Assembly: GCF_006345805.1 (NCBI RefSeq)
Contig: NW_021833827.1
Span: 1 to 64,000 of the forward strand
DNA: 64,000 nucleotides
From: Octopus sinensis
Taxonomy: Eukaryota
Reading direction: 5' to 3'
Under the pieces are notes generated by a model that was given only the letters and a program-made list of their open reading frames with translations, had not been told where the DNA came from and made no database searches. This document shows positions 34,701 to 49,700 of this stretch, piece after piece. Each line of letters begins with the position of its first letter. Positions within the stretch are counted from its first letter, which is position 1. Position numbers and translations under genes: made by a program.

Positions 34701-37700
34701 GAAAAGGAACAAATGTTGAGGATATTCTTACGAGATTGATAAAGAGGAAACTAAAGAAGGTAGATCATAGTTTTAAAATTTTGAAGAAGAGAAATGGAAC
34801 AAATTTTGATAATATTCTTACGAGATTGATAAAGAGGAAACTAAAGAAGGTAGATCATAGTTTTAAAATTTTGAAGATTGGGAAAAGGAACAAATGTTGA
34901 GGATATTCTTACGAGATTGATAAAGAGGAAAGTAAAGAAGGTAGATCATAGTTTTAAAATTTTGAAGATTGGGAAAAGGAACAAATGTTGAGGATATTCT
35001 TACGAGATTGATAAAGAGGAAACTAACGAAGGTAGATCATAGTTTTAAAATTTTGAAGATTGGGAAAAGTAACAAATGTTGAGGATATTCTTACGAGATT
35101 GATAAAGAGGAAACTAAAGAAGGTAGATCATAGTTTTAAAATTTTGAAGATTAAGAAAAGGAACAAATGTTGAGGATATTCTTACGAGATTGATAAAGAG
35201 GAAACTAAAGAAGGTAGATCATAGTTTTAAAATTTTGAAGATTAAGAAAAGGAACAAATGTTGAGGATAATCTTACGAGATTGATAAAGAGGAAACTAAA
35301 GAAGGTAGATCGTAGTTTTTAAATTTTTAAGATTGGGAAAAGGAACAAATGTTGAGGATATTCTTACGAGATTGATAAAGAGGAAACTAAAGAAGGTAGA
35401 TCATAGTTTTAAAATTTTGAAGATTGGGAAAAGGAACAAATGTTGAGGATATTCTTACAAGATTGATAAAGAGAAAACTAAAGAAGGTAGATCATAGTTT
35501 TAAAATTTTGAAGAAGAGAAAGGGAACAAATGTTGATGATATTCTTACGATATTGATAAAGAGGTAACTAAAGAAGGTAGATCATAGTTTTAAAATTTTG
35601 AAGATTGCGAAAAGGAACAAATGTTTAGGATATTCTTACGAGATTGATAAAGAGGAAACTAAAGAAGGTAGATCATAGTTTTAAAATTTTGAAGAAGAGA
35701 AAAGGAACAAATGTTGATGATATTCGTACGAGTTTGATAAAGAGGAAACTAAAGAAGGTAGATCATAGTTATAAAATTATGAAGATTGGGAAAAGGAACA
35801 AATGTTGAGGTTATTCTTACGAGATTGATAAAGAGGAAACTAAAGAAGGTAGATCATAATTTTAAAATTTTAAAGAAGAGAAAAGGAACAAATGTTGACG
35901 ATATTCTTACGAGTTTGAGAAAGAGGAAACTAGAGAAGGTAGATCATAGTCTTAAAATTTTGAAGCAGAGAAAAGTAACAAATTTTGAGGATATTCTTAC
36001 GAGTTTGGTAAAGAGGAAACTAAAGAAGGTAGATCATAGTTTTAAAATTTTGAAGATTCAGAAAAGGAACAAATGTTGAGGATATTCTGAGTTTGATGAA
36101 GAGGAAACTAAAGAAGGTAGATTATAGTTTTAAAATTTTGAAGATTGAGAAAAGGAACAAATGCTGCTGATATTCTTACGAGATTGATAAAGAGGAAACT
36201 AAAGAAGGTAGATCATAGTTTTAAAATTTTGAAGAAGAGAAACGGAACAAATGTTGATGATATTCTGACGAGATTGATAAAGAGGAAACTAAAGAAGGTA
36301 GATCATAGTTTTAAAATTTTGAAGATTGGGAAAAGGAACAAATGTTGACGATGTTCTTACGAGATTGATAAAGAGGAAACTAAAGATGGTAGATCATAGT
36401 TTTTAAATTTTGAAGATTGAGAAAAGGAACAAATGTTGAGGATATTTTTACGAGATAGATAAAGAGGAAACTAAAGAAGGTAGATCATAGTATTAAAATT
36501 TTAAAGATTGGGAAAAGGAACAAATGTTGAGGATATTCTTACGAGATTGATAAAGAGGAAACTAAAGAAGGTAGATCATAGTTTTAAAATTTTGAAGAAG
36601 AGAAATGGAACGAATGTTGATGATATTCTTACGAGATTGATAAAGAGGAAACTAAAGAAGGTAGATCATAGTTTTAAAATTTTGAAGATTCGGAAAAGGA
36701 ACGAATGTTGACGATGTTCTACGAGATTGATAAAGAGGAAACTAAAGAAAGTAGATCATAGTTTTAAAATTTTGAAGATTGGGAAAAGGAACAAATGTTG
36801 AGGATATTCTTACGAGATTGATAAAGAGGAAACTAAAGAAGGTAGATCATAGTTTTAAAATTTTGAAGATTGGGAAAAGGAACAAATGTTGAGGATATTC
36901 TTATGAGATTGATAAAGAGGAAACTAAAGAAGGTAGATCATAGTTTTAAAATTTTGAAGATTGGGAAAAGTAACAAATGATGAGGATATTCTTACGAGAT
37001 TGATAAAGAGGAAACTAAAGAAGGTAGATCATAGTTTTAAAATTTTGAAGATTGAGAAAAGGAACAAATGTTGAGGATAATCTTACGAGATTGATAAAGT
37101 GGAAACTAAAGAAGGTAGATCAGAGTTTTAAAATTTTTAAGATTGGGAAAACGAACAAATGTTGAGGATATTCTTACGAGATTGATAAAGAGGAAACTAA
37201 AGAAGGTAGATCATAGTTTGAAAATTTTGAAGATTGCGAAAAGGAACAAATGTTGAGGATATTCTTACAAGATTGATAAAGAGGAAACTAAAGAAGGTAG
37301 ATCATAGTTTTAAAATTTTGAAGATTGGGAAAAGGAACAAATGTTGAGGATATTCTTACGAGATTGATAAAGAGGAAACTAAAGAAGGTAGATCATAGTT
37401 TTAAAGTTTTGAAGATTGAGAAAAGGAACAAATTTTGAGGATATTCTTACGAGATTGAAAAAGAGGAAACTAAAGAAGGTAGATCATAGTTTTAGAATGT
37501 TGAAGATTGGGAAAAGGAACAAATGTTGAGGATATTCTTACGAGATTGATAAAGTGGAAACTAAAGAAGGTAGATCATAGTTTTAAAATTTTGAAGATTG
37601 GGAAAAGGAACAAATGTTGAGGATATTCTTACGAGATTGATAAAGAGGAAACTAAAGAAGGTAGATGATAGTTTTAAAATTTTGAAGAGGAGAAAAGGAA

Positions 37701-40700
37701 CAAATGTTGAGGATATTCTTACGATATTGATAAAGAGGAAACTAAAGAAGGTAGATCATAGTTTTAAAATTTTGAAGATTGGGAAAAGGAACAAATGTTT
37801 ATGATATTCTAACGAGATTGATAAAGAGGAAACTAAAGAAGGTAGATCATAGTTTTAAAATTTTGAAGAAGAGAAATGGAACAAATGTTGATGATATTCG
37901 TACGAGTTTGATAAAGAGGAAACTAAAGAAGGTAGATCATAGTTTTAAAATTATGAAGATTGGGAAAAGGAGCAAATGTTGATGTTATTCTTACGAGATT
38001 GATAAAGAGGAAACTAAAGAAGGTAGATCATAATTTTAAAATTTTAAAGAAGAGAAAAGGAACAAATGTTGACGATATTCTTACGAGTTTGAGAAAGAGG
38101 AAACTAGAGAAGGTAGATCATAGTCATAAAATTTTGAAGAAGAGAAAAGTAACAAATTTTGAGGATATTCTTACGAGTTTGGTAAAAAGGAAACTAAAGA
38201 AGGTAGATCATAGTTTTAAAATTTTGAAGATTCAGAAAAGGAACAAATGTTGAGGATATTCTGAGTTTGATGAAGAGGAAACTAAAGAAGGTAGATCATA
38301 GTTTTAAAATTTTGAAGATTGAGAAAAGGAACAAATGCTGCTGATATTCTTACGAGATTGATAAAGAGGAAACTAAAGAAGGTAGATCATAGTTTTAAAA
38401 TTTTGAAGAAGAGAAAAGGAACAAATGTTGATGATATTCTTACGAGATTGATAAAGAGGAAACTAAAGAAGGTAGATCATAGTTTTAAAATTTTGAAGAT
38501 TGAGAAAAGGGACAAATGTTGATGATATTCTTACGAGATTGATAAAGAGGAAACTAAAGAAGGTAGATCATAGTTTTAAAATTTTGAAGAAGAGAAAAGA
38601 GACAAATGTTGAGGATATTCTTACGAGATTGATAAAGAGGAAACTAAAGAAGGTAGATCATAGTTTTAAGATTTTGAAGATTGGGAAAAGGAACAAATGT
38701 TGACGATATTCTTACGAGTTTGATAAAGAGGAAACTAAAGAAGGTAGATCATAGTTTTAGAATTTTGAAGAAGTGAAACGGAACAAATGTTGAGGATATT
38801 CTTACGAGTTTGATAAAGAGGAAGCTAAAGAAGGTAGATCATAGTTTTAAAATTTTGAAGATTGAGAAAAGGAACAAATGTTGAGGATATGCTTATGAGT
38901 TTGATAAAGAGGAAATTAAAGAAGGTAGATCATAGTTTTAAAATTTTGAAGAAGAGAAAAGGGACAAATGTTGACGATATTATTACGAGTTTGATAAAGA
39001 GGAAACTAACGAAGGCAGATCATCGTTTTAAAATTTTAAAGAAGAGAAAAGGGACAAATGTTGACGATATTCTGAGTTTCATAAAGAGGAAACTAAAGAA
39101 GGTAGATCATAGTTTTATAATGTTGAAGAAGTGAAAAGGGACAAATGTTGACGATATTCTTACGATTTTGATAAAGAGGAAACTAAAGAAGGTAGATCAT
39201 AGTTTTAAAATTTTGAAGATTGAGAAAAGGAAGAAATGTTGAGGATATGCCTACGAGTTTGATAAAGAGGAAACTAAAGAAGGTAGATCATAGTTTTAAA
39301 ATTTTGAAGAAGAGAAAAGGGACAAATGTTGACGATATTCTTACGAGTTTGATAAAGAGGAAACTAACGAAGGCAGATCATTGTTTTAAAATTTTAAAGA
39401 AGAGAAAAGGGATAAATGTTGACGATATTCTGAGTTTGATAAAGAGGAAACTAAAGAAGGTAGATCATAGTTTTAAAATTTTGAAGAAGAGAAAAGGAAC
39501 AAATGTCGATGATATTCTTACGAGATTGATAAAGAGGAAACTAAAGAAGGTAGATCATAGTTTTAAAATTTTGAAGATAGGGAAGAGGAACAAATGTTGA
39601 GGATATTCTTACGAGATTGATAAAGAGGAAACTAAAGAAGGTAGATCATAGTTTTAAAATTTTAAAGAAGAGAAAAGGAACAAATGTTGACGATATTCTT
39701 ACGAGTTTGATAAAGAGGAAACTAAAGAAGGTAGATCATAGTTTTAAAATTTTGAAGAAAAGAAAAGTAAAAAATTTTGAGGATATTCTTACGAGTTTGG
39801 TATAAAGGAAACTAAAGAAGGTAGATCATAGTTTTAAAATTTTGAAGATTGAGACAAGGAACAAATGTTGAGGATATCCTTACAAGTTTGATAAAGAGGA
39901 AACTAAAGAAGGTAGATCATAGTTTTAAAATTTTGAAGATTGAGAAAAGGAACAAATGTTGACGATATTCCTACAAGTTTGATAATGAGGAAACTAAAGA
40001 AGGTAGACCATAGTTTTAAAATTTTGAAGATTGAGAAAAGGAACAAATGTTGACGATATTCTTACGAGTTTGATAAAGAGGAAACTAAAGAAGGTAGATC
40101 ATAGTTTTAAAATTTTGAAGATTGAGAAAAGGAACAAATGTTGAGGATATTCTTACAAGTTTGATAAAGAGGAAACTAACGAAGGTAGATCATAGTTTTA
40201 AAATTTTGAAGAAGAGAAAAGGGACAAATGTTGAGGATATTCTTACGAGTTTGATAAAGAGGAAACTAACGAAGGTAGATCATAGTTTTAAAATTTTGAA
40301 GAAGAGAAAAGGGACAAATGTTGACGATATTCTTACGAGTTTGATAAAGAGGAAACTAAAGAAGGTAGATCATAGTTTTAAAATTTTGAAGATTGAGAAT
40401 AGGAACAAATGTTGACGATATTCTTACGAGTTTGATAAAGAGGAAACTAAAGAAGGTAGATCATAGTTTTAAAATTTTGAACAAGAGAAAAGGGACAAAT
40501 GTTGACGATATTCTTACGAGTTTGATAAAGAGGAAACAAAAGAAGGTAGATCATAATTTTAAAATTTTGAAGAAGAGAAAAGGGACAAATGTTGACGATA
40601 TTCTTACGAGTTTGATAAAGAGGAAGCTAACGAAGGCAGATCATTGTTTTAAAATTTTAAAGAAGAGAAAAGGGATAAATGTTGACGATATTCTGAGTTT

Positions 40701-43700
40701 GATAAAGAGGAAACTAAAGGTAGATCATAGTTTTAAAATTTTGAAGAAGAGAAAAGGAACAAATGTTGATGATATTCTTACGAGATTGATACAGAGGAAA
40801 CTAAAGAATGGAGATCATAGTTTTAAAATTTTGAAGATAGGGAAAAGGAACAAATGTTGAGGATATTCTTACAAGATTGATAAAGAGGAAACTAAAGAAG
40901 GTAGATCATAGTTTTAAAATTTTGAAGAAGAGAAAAGTAACAAATTTTGAGGATATTCTTACGAGTTTGGTAAAGAGGAAACTAAAGAAGGTAGATCATA
41001 GTTTTAAAATTTTGAAGATTGAGAAAAGGAACAAATGTTGACGATATTCTTACGAGTTTGATAAAGAGGAAACTAAAGAAGGTAGATCATAGTTTTAAAA
41101 TTTTGAAGAAGTGAAAAGGAACAAATGTTGAGGATATGCTTACGAGTTTGATAAAGAGGAAAATAAAGAAGGTAGATCATAGTTTTAAAATTTTGAAGAA
41201 GAGAAAAGGGACAAATGTTGACGATATTCTTACGAGTTTGATAAAGAGGAAACTAACGAAGGCAGATCAACGTTTTAAAATTTTAAAGAAGAGAAAAGGG
41301 ACAAATGTTGACGATATTCTGAGTTTCATAAAGAGGAAACTAAAGAAGGTAGATCATAGTTTTATAATGTTGAAGAAGTGAAAAGGGACAAATGTTGACG
41401 ATATTCTTACGAGTTTGATAAAGAGGTAGATCACAGTTTGATAAAGAAGGTAGATCACAGTTTTAAAATTTTGAAGATTGAGAAAAGGAAGAAATGTTGA
41501 GGATATGCCTACGAGTTTGATAAAGAGGAAACTAAAGAAGGTAGATCATAGTTTTAAAATTTTGAAGAAGAGAAAAGGGACAAATGTTGACGATATTCTT
41601 ACGAGTTTGATAAAGAGGAAACTAACGAAGGCAGATCATTGTTTTAAAATTTTAAAGAAGAGAAAAGGGATAAATGTTGACGATATTCTGAATTTGATAA
41701 AGAGGAAACTAAAGAAGGTAGATCATAGTTTTAAAATTTTGAAGAAGAGAAAAGGAACAAATGTTGATGATATTCTTACGAGATTGATAAAGAGGAAACT
41801 AAAGAAGGTAGATCATAGTTTTAAAATTTTGAAGATAGGAAAAAGGAACAAATGTTGAGGATATTCTTACGAGATTGATAACGAGGAAACTAAAGAAGGT
41901 AGATCATAGTTTTAAAATTTTAAAGAAGAGAAAAGGAACAAATGTTGACGATATTCTTACGAGTTTGATAAAGAGGAAACTAAAGAAGGTAGATCATAGT
42001 TTTAAAATTTTGAAGATTGAGAAAAGGAACAAATGTTGAGGATATCCTTACAAGTTTGATAAAGAGGAAACTAAAGAAGGTAGATCATAGTTTTAAAATT
42101 TTGAAGATTGAGAAAAGGAACAATTGTTGACGATATTCTTACAAGTTTGATAATGAGGAAACTAAAGAAGGTAGACCATAGTTTTAAAATTTTGAAGATT
42201 GAGAAAAGGAACAAATGTTGACGATATTCTTACGAGTTTGATAAAGAGGAAACTAAAGAAGGTAGATCATAGTTTTAAAATTTTGAAGATTGAGAAAAGG
42301 AACAAATGTTGAGGATATTCTTACGAGTTTGATAAAGAGGAAACTAATGAAGGTAGATCATAGAGTTAAAATTTTGAAGAAGAGAAAAGGGACAAATGTT
42401 GAGGATATTCTTACGAGTTTGATAAAGAGGAAACTAACGAAGGTAGATCATAGTTTTAAAATTTTGAAGAAAGAAAGGACAAATGTTGACGATATTCTTA
42501 CGAGTTTGATAAAGAGGAACTAAAGAGTAGATCATAGTTTTAAAATTTTGAAGATTGAGATAGGAACAAATGTTGACGATATTCTTACGAGTTTGATAAA
42601 GGAAACTAAAGAAGGTAGATCATAGTTTTAAAATTCTGAACAAGAGAAAAGGGACAAATGTTGACGATATTCTTACGATTTGATAAAGAGGAAACTAAAG
42701 AAGGTAGATCATATTTTTAAAATTTTGAAGAAGAGAAAAGGACAATGTTGACGATATTCTTACGAGTTTGATAAGAGGAACTAACGAAGGCAGATCATTG
42801 TTTTAAAATTTTAAAGTAGAGAAAAGGATAAAGTTGACGATATCTGAGTTTGATAAAGAGGAAACTAAAGGTAGATCATAGTTTTAAAATTTTGAAGAAG
42901 AGAAAAGGAATAAATGTTGATGATATTCTTACGAGATTGATAAAGAGGAAACTAAAGAGGTAGATCATAGTTTTAAAATTTTGAAGATAGGAAAAGGAAC
43001 AATGTTGAGGATATTCTTACGAGATTGATAAAGAGGAAACTAATAAGGTAGATCATAGTTTTAAAATTTTAAAGAAGAGAAAAGGAACAAATGTTGACGA
43101 TATTCTTACGAGTTTGATAAAGAGGAAACTAAAGAAGGTAGATCATAGTTTTAAAATTTTGAAGAAGAGAAAAGTAACAAATTTTGAGGATATTCTTACG
43201 AGTTTGGTAAAGAGGAAACTAAAGAAGGTAGATCATAGTTTTAAAATTTTGAAGATTGAGAAAAGGAACAAATGTTGAGGATATCCTTACAAGTTTGATA
43301 AAGAGGAAACTAAAGAAGGTAGATCATAGTTTTAAAATTTTGAAGATTGAGAAAAGGAACAAATGTTGAGGATATTCTTACAAGTTTGATAAAGAGGAAA
43401 CTAAAGAAGGTCGATCATAGTTTTAAAATTTTGAAGATTGAGAAAAGGAACAAATGTTGACGATATTCTTACAAGTTTGATAATGAGGAAACTAAAGAAG
43501 GTAGATTATAGTTTTAAAATTTTGAAGATTGAGAAAAGGAACAAATGTTGAGGATATTCTTACGAGTTTGATAAAGAGGAAACTAATGAAGGTAGATCAT
43601 AGTTTTAAAATTTTGAAGAAGAGAAAAGGGACAAATGTTGAGGATATTCTTACGAGTTTGATAAAGAGGAAACTAAAGAAGGTAGATCATAGTTTTAAAA

Positions 43701-46700
43701 TTTTGAAGAAGAGAAAAGGGACAAATGTTGAGGATATTCTTACGAGTTTGATAAAGAGGAAACTAAAGAAGGTAGATCATAGTTTTAAAATTTTGAAGAT
43801 TGAGAAAAGGGACAAATGTTGATGATATTCTTACGAGTTTGATAAAGAGGAAACTAAAAAAGGTAGATCATAGTTGTAAAATGTTGAAGATTGGGAAAAG
43901 GAACAAATGTTGACGATATTCTTACGAGTTTGATAAAGAGGAAACTAAAGAAGGTAGATCATAGTTTTAAAATTTTGAAGAAGAGAAAAGGAACAAATGT
44001 TGACGATATTCTTACGAGTTTGATAAAGAGGAAACTAAACAAGGTAGATCATAGATTTAAAATTTTGAAGAAGAGAAAAGGAACAAATGTTGACGATATT
44101 CTTACGAGTTTGATAAAGAGGAAGCTAAAGAAGGTAGATCATAGTTTTATAATTTTGAAGAAATGAAATGGGACAAATGTTGACGATATTCTTACGAGTT
44201 TGATAAAGAGGAAACTAAAGAAGGTAGATCATAGTTTTAAAATTTTGAAGATTGAGAAAAGGGACAAATGTTGATGATATTCTTATGAGTTTGATAAAGA
44301 GGAAACTAAAGAAGGTAGATCATAGTTTTAAAATTTTGAAGAAGAGAAAAGGGACAAATGTTGAGGATATTCTTACGAGATTGATAAAGAGGAAACTAAA
44401 GAAGGTAGATCATAATTTCAAAATTTTGAAGATTGGGAAAAGGAACAAATGTTGAGGATATGCTTACGAGTTTGATAAAGAGGAAACTAAAGAAGGTAGG
44501 TCATAGTTTTAAAATTTTGAAGAAGTGAACAGGAACAAATGTTGAGGATATTCTTACGAGTTTGATAAAGAGAAAGCTAAAGAAGGTAGATCATAGTTTT
44601 AAAATTTTGAAGATTGAGAAAAGGAACAAATGTTGAGGATATGCTTACGAGTTTGATAAAGAGGAAACTAAAGAAGGTAGATCGTAGTTTTAAAATTTTG
44701 AAGAAGAGAAAAGGGACAAATGTTGACGATATTCTTACGAGTTTGATAAAGAGGAAACTAAAGAAGGTAGATCATAGTTTTAAAATTTTGAAGATTGAGA
44801 AAAGGAAGAAATGTTGAGGATATGCTTACGAGTTTGATAAAGAGGAAACTAAAGAAGGTAGATCATAGTTTTAAAATTTTGAAGAAGAGAAAAGGGACAA
44901 ATGTTGACGATATTCTTACGAGTTTGATAAAGAGGAAACTAACGAAGGCAGATCATTGTTTTAAAAATTTAAAAAAGAGAAAAGGGATAAATGTTGACGA
45001 TATTCTGAGTTTGATAAAGAGGAAACTAAAGAAGGTAGATCATAGTTTTAAAATTTTGAAGAAGAGAAAAGGAACAAATGTTGATGATATTCTTACGAGA
45101 TTGATAAAGAGGAAACTAAAGAAGGTAGATTATAGTTTTAAAATTTTGAAGATAGGGAAAAGGAACAAATGTTGAGGATATTCTTACGAGATTGATAAAG
45201 AGGAAACTAAAGAAGGTAGATCATAGTTTTAAAATTTTGAAGAAGAGAAAAGGAACAAATGTTGATGATATTCTTACGAGTTTGATAAAGAAGAAACTAA
45301 AGAAGGTAGATCATAGTTTTAAAATTATGAAGATTGGGAAAAGGAACAAATGTTGAGGATATTCTTATGAGATTGATAAAGAGGAAACTAAAGAAGGTAG
45401 ATCATAGTTTTAAAATTTTAAAGAAGAGAAAAGAAACAAATGTTGACGACATTCTTACGAGTTTGATAAAGAGGAAACTAAAGAAGGTAGATCATAGTTT
45501 TAAAATTTTGAAGAAGAGAAAAGTAACAAATTTTGAGGAATTTCTTACGAGTTTGGTAAAGAGGAAACTAAAGAAGGTAGATCATAGTTTTAAAATTTTG
45601 AAGATTGAGAAAAGGAACAAATGTTGAGGATATTCTTACAAGTTTGATAAAGAGGAAACTAAAGAAGGTAGATCATAGTTTTAAAATTTTGAAGATTGAG
45701 AAAAGGAACAAATGTTGACGATATTCTTACAAGTTTGATAATGAGGAAACTAAAGAAGGTAGATCATAGTTTTAAAATTTTGAAGATTGAGAAAAGGAAG
45801 AAATGTTGACGATATTCTTACAAGTTTGATAAAGAGGAAACTAAAGAAGGTAGATCATAGTTTTAAAATTTTGAAGATTGAGAAAAGGAACAAATGTTGA
45901 CGATATTCTTACGAGCTTGATAAAGAGGAAACTAAAGAAGGTAGATCATAGTTTTAAAATTTTGAAGATTGAGAAAAGGAACAAATGTTGATGATATTCT
46001 TACGAGATTGATAAAGAGGAAACTAAAGAAGGTAGATCATAGTTTTAAAATTTTGAAGATAGGGAAAAGGAACAAATGTTGAGGATATTCTTACGAGATT
46101 GATAAAGAGGAAACTAAAGAAGGTAGATCATAGTTTTAAAATTTTGAAGAAGAGAAAAGGACAAATGTTGATGATATTCTTACGAGTTTGATAAAGAAGA
46201 ACTAAAGAAGGTAGATCATAGTTTTAAAATTTTGAAGATTGGGAAAAGGAACAAATGTTGAGATATTCTTACGAGATTGATAAAGAGGAAACTAAAGAAG
46301 GTAGATCATAGTTTTAAAATTTTAAAGAAGAGAAAAGGAACAAATGTTGACGATATTCTTACGAGTTTGATAAAGAGGAAACTAAAGAAGGTAGATCATA
46401 GTTTTAAAATTTTGAAGAAGAGAAAAGTAACAAATTTTGAGGATATTCTTACGAGTTTGGTAAAGAGGAAACTAAAGAAGGTAGATCATAGTTTTAAAAT
46501 TTTGAAGATTGAGAAAAGGAACAAATGTTGAGGATATCCTTACAGTTTGATAAAGAGGAACTAAAGAGTAGATCATAGTTTTAAAATTTTGAAGATTAGA
46601 AGAAAAGGAAACAAATTGTTGACGATATTCTTACAAGTTTGATAATGAGGAAACTAAAGAGGTAGATCATAGTTTTAAAAATTTTGAAGATTGAGAAAAA

Positions 46701-49700
46701 AGGAAGAAATGTTGACGATATTCTTACAAGTTTGATAAAGAGGAAACTAAAGAAGGTAGATCATAGTTTTAAAATTTTGAAGATTGAGAAAAGGAACAAA
46801 TGTTGACGATATTCTTACGAGCTTGATAAAGAGGAAACTAAAGAAGGTAGATCATAGTTTTAAAATTTTGAAGATTGAGAAAAGGAACAAATGTTGATGA
46901 TATTCTTACGAGTTTGATAAAGAGGAAACTAAAGAAGGTAGATCATAGTTTTAAAATTTTGAAGATAGGAAAGAAACAATGTTGAGGATATTCTTACGAG
47001 ATTGATAAAGAGGAAACTAAAGAAGGTAGATCATAGTTTTAAAATTTTGAAGAAGAGAAAAGGAACAAATGTTGATGATATTCTTACGAGTTTGATAAAG
47101 AAGAAACTAAAGAAGGTAGATCATAGTTTTAAAATTATGAAGATTGGGAAAAGGAACAAATGTTGAGGATATTCTTACGAGATTGATAAAGAGGAAACTA
47201 AAGAAGGTAGATCATAGTTTTAAAATTTTAAAGAAGAGAAAAGGAACAAATGTTGACGATATTCTTACGAGTTTGATAAAGAGGAAACTAAAGAAGGTAG
47301 ATCATAGTTTTAAAATTTTGAAGAAGAGAAAAGTAACAAATTTTGAGGATATTCTTACGAGTTTGGTAAAGAGGAAACTAAAGAAGGTAGATCATAGTTT
47401 TAAAATTTTGAAGATTGAGAAAAGGAACAAATGTTGAGGATATCCTTACAAGTTTGATAAAGAGGAAACTAAGAAGGTAGATCATAGTTTTAAAATTTTG
47501 AAGAAGAGAAAAGGAACAAATGTTGAGGATATTCTTACAAGTTTGATAAAGGGAAACTAAAGAAGTAGATCATAGTTTTAAAATTTTGAAGATTGAGAAA
47601 AGGAACAAATGTTGACGATATTCTTACAAGTTTGATAAAGGAGGAAACTAAAGAAGGTAGATCATAGTTTTAAAATTTTGAAGATTGAGAAAAGAAAAAA
47701 TGTTGAGGATATTCTTACGAGTTTGATAAAGAGGAAACTAAAGAAGGTAGATCATAGTTTTAAAATTTTGAAGATTGAGAAAAGGAACAAATGTTGACGA
47801 TATTCTTACGAGTTGATAAAGAGGAAACTAAAGAAGGTAGATCATAGTTTTAAAATTTTGAAGATTGAGAAAAGGACAAATGTTGAGGATATTCTTACGA
47901 GTTTGATAGAGGAAACTAAAGAAGGTAGATACATAGTTTTAAAATTTTAAGAAGAGAAAAGGGACAAATGTTGTTGAGGATATTCTTACGAGTTTGATAA
48001 AGAGGAAACTAAAGAAGGTAGATCATAGTTTTAAAATTTTGAAGATTGAGAAAAGGAACAAATGTTGACGATATTCTTACGAGTTTGATAAAGAGGAAAC
48101 AAAGAAGTAGATCATAGTTTTAAAATTTTGAAGAAGAGAAAAGGGACAAATGTTGAGGATATTCTACGAGTTTGATAAAGAGGAAACTAAAGAAGGTAGA
48201 TCATAGTTTTAAAATTTTGAAGATTGAGAAAAGAAACAAATGTTGACGATATTCCAACGAGTTTGATAAAGAGGAAACTAAAGAAGGTAGATCATTGTTT
48301 TAAAATTTTTGAAGAGAGAGAACAAGGACAAATTTGACGATATTCTTACGAGTTTGATAAAGAGGAAACTAACGAGGCAGATCATTGTTTTAAAATTTTA
48401 AAGAAGAGAAAAGGGACAATGTTGACGATATTCTGAGTGATAAGAGGAAACTAAGAAGGTAGATCATAGTTTTATAATTTTGAAGAAGTGAAAAGGGAGA
48501 AATGTTGACGATATTCTTACGAGTTGATGATAAGAGGAAACTAAAGAAGGTAGATCATAGTTTTAAAATTTTGAAGAAGAGAAAAGGAACAAATGTTGAC
48601 GATATTCTTACGAGTTTGATAAAGAGGAAACTAAAGAAGGTAGATCTAGTTTTTAAAATTTTGAAGAAGAGAAAAGTAACAAATTTTGAGGATATTCTTA
48701 CGAGTTTGGTAAAGAGGAAACTAAGAAGGTAGATCATAGTTTTAAAATTTTGAAGAATTGAGAAAAGGAACAAATGTTGAGGATATCCTTACAAGTTTGA
48801 TAAAGAGGAAACTAAAGAAGGTAGATCATGTTTGTCAAAATTTTGAGATTGAGAAAAGGAACAAATGTTGAGGATATTCTTACAAGTTTGATAAAGAGAG
48901 GAAACTAAAGAAGGTAGATCATAGTTTTAAAATTTTGAAGATTGAGGAGAAAAGGAACAAATGTTGACGATATTCTTACAAGTTTGATAATGAGGAACTA
49001 AAGAAGATAGATCATAGTTTTAAAATTTTGAAGATGAGAAAAGGAACAAATGTTGAGATATTCTTACAAGTTTGATAATGAGGAACTAAGAAGGTAAATC
49101 ATAGTTTTAAAATTTTGAAGATTGAGAAAAGGAACAAATGTTGACGCGATTCTTACGACGAGTTTGATAAAGAGGAAACTAAAGAAGGTAGATCATAGTT
49201 TTAAAATTTTGAAGATTGAGAAAAGGACAAATGTTGAGGATATTCTTACAGTTTGATAAAGAGGAAACTAACGAAGGTAGATCATAGTTTTAAAATTTTG
49301 AAGAAGAGAAAAGGGACAAATGTTGAGGATATTCTTACGAGTTTGATAAAGAGGAAACTAACGAAGGTAGATCATAGTTTTAAAATTTTGAAGATTGAGA
49401 AAAGGGACAAATGTTGAGGATATTCTTACAAGTTGATAAAGAGGAACTAACGAAGTAGATCATAGTTTTAAAATTTTGAAGAGAGAAAAGGGACAAATGT
49501 TGAGGATATTCTTACGAGTTTGATAAGAGGAAACTAACGAAGGTAGATCATAGTTTTAAAATTTTGAAGATCGAGAAAAGGAACAAATGTTGACGATATT
49601 CTTACAAGTTTGATAATGAGGAAACTAAAGAAGGTAGATCATAGTTTTAAAATTTTGAAGATTGAGAAAAGGAACAAATGTTGACGATATTCTTACGAGT

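Noticed and set aside
46500-49500. Apparently accelerated divergence in parts of the array (also ~23.8-25.0, 26.3-26.9, 28.6-29.1 and 42.4-43.1 kb)
   Set aside because: The changes are mostly single-base homopolymer indels, which are typical of long-read consensus error. Not interpretable without reads.
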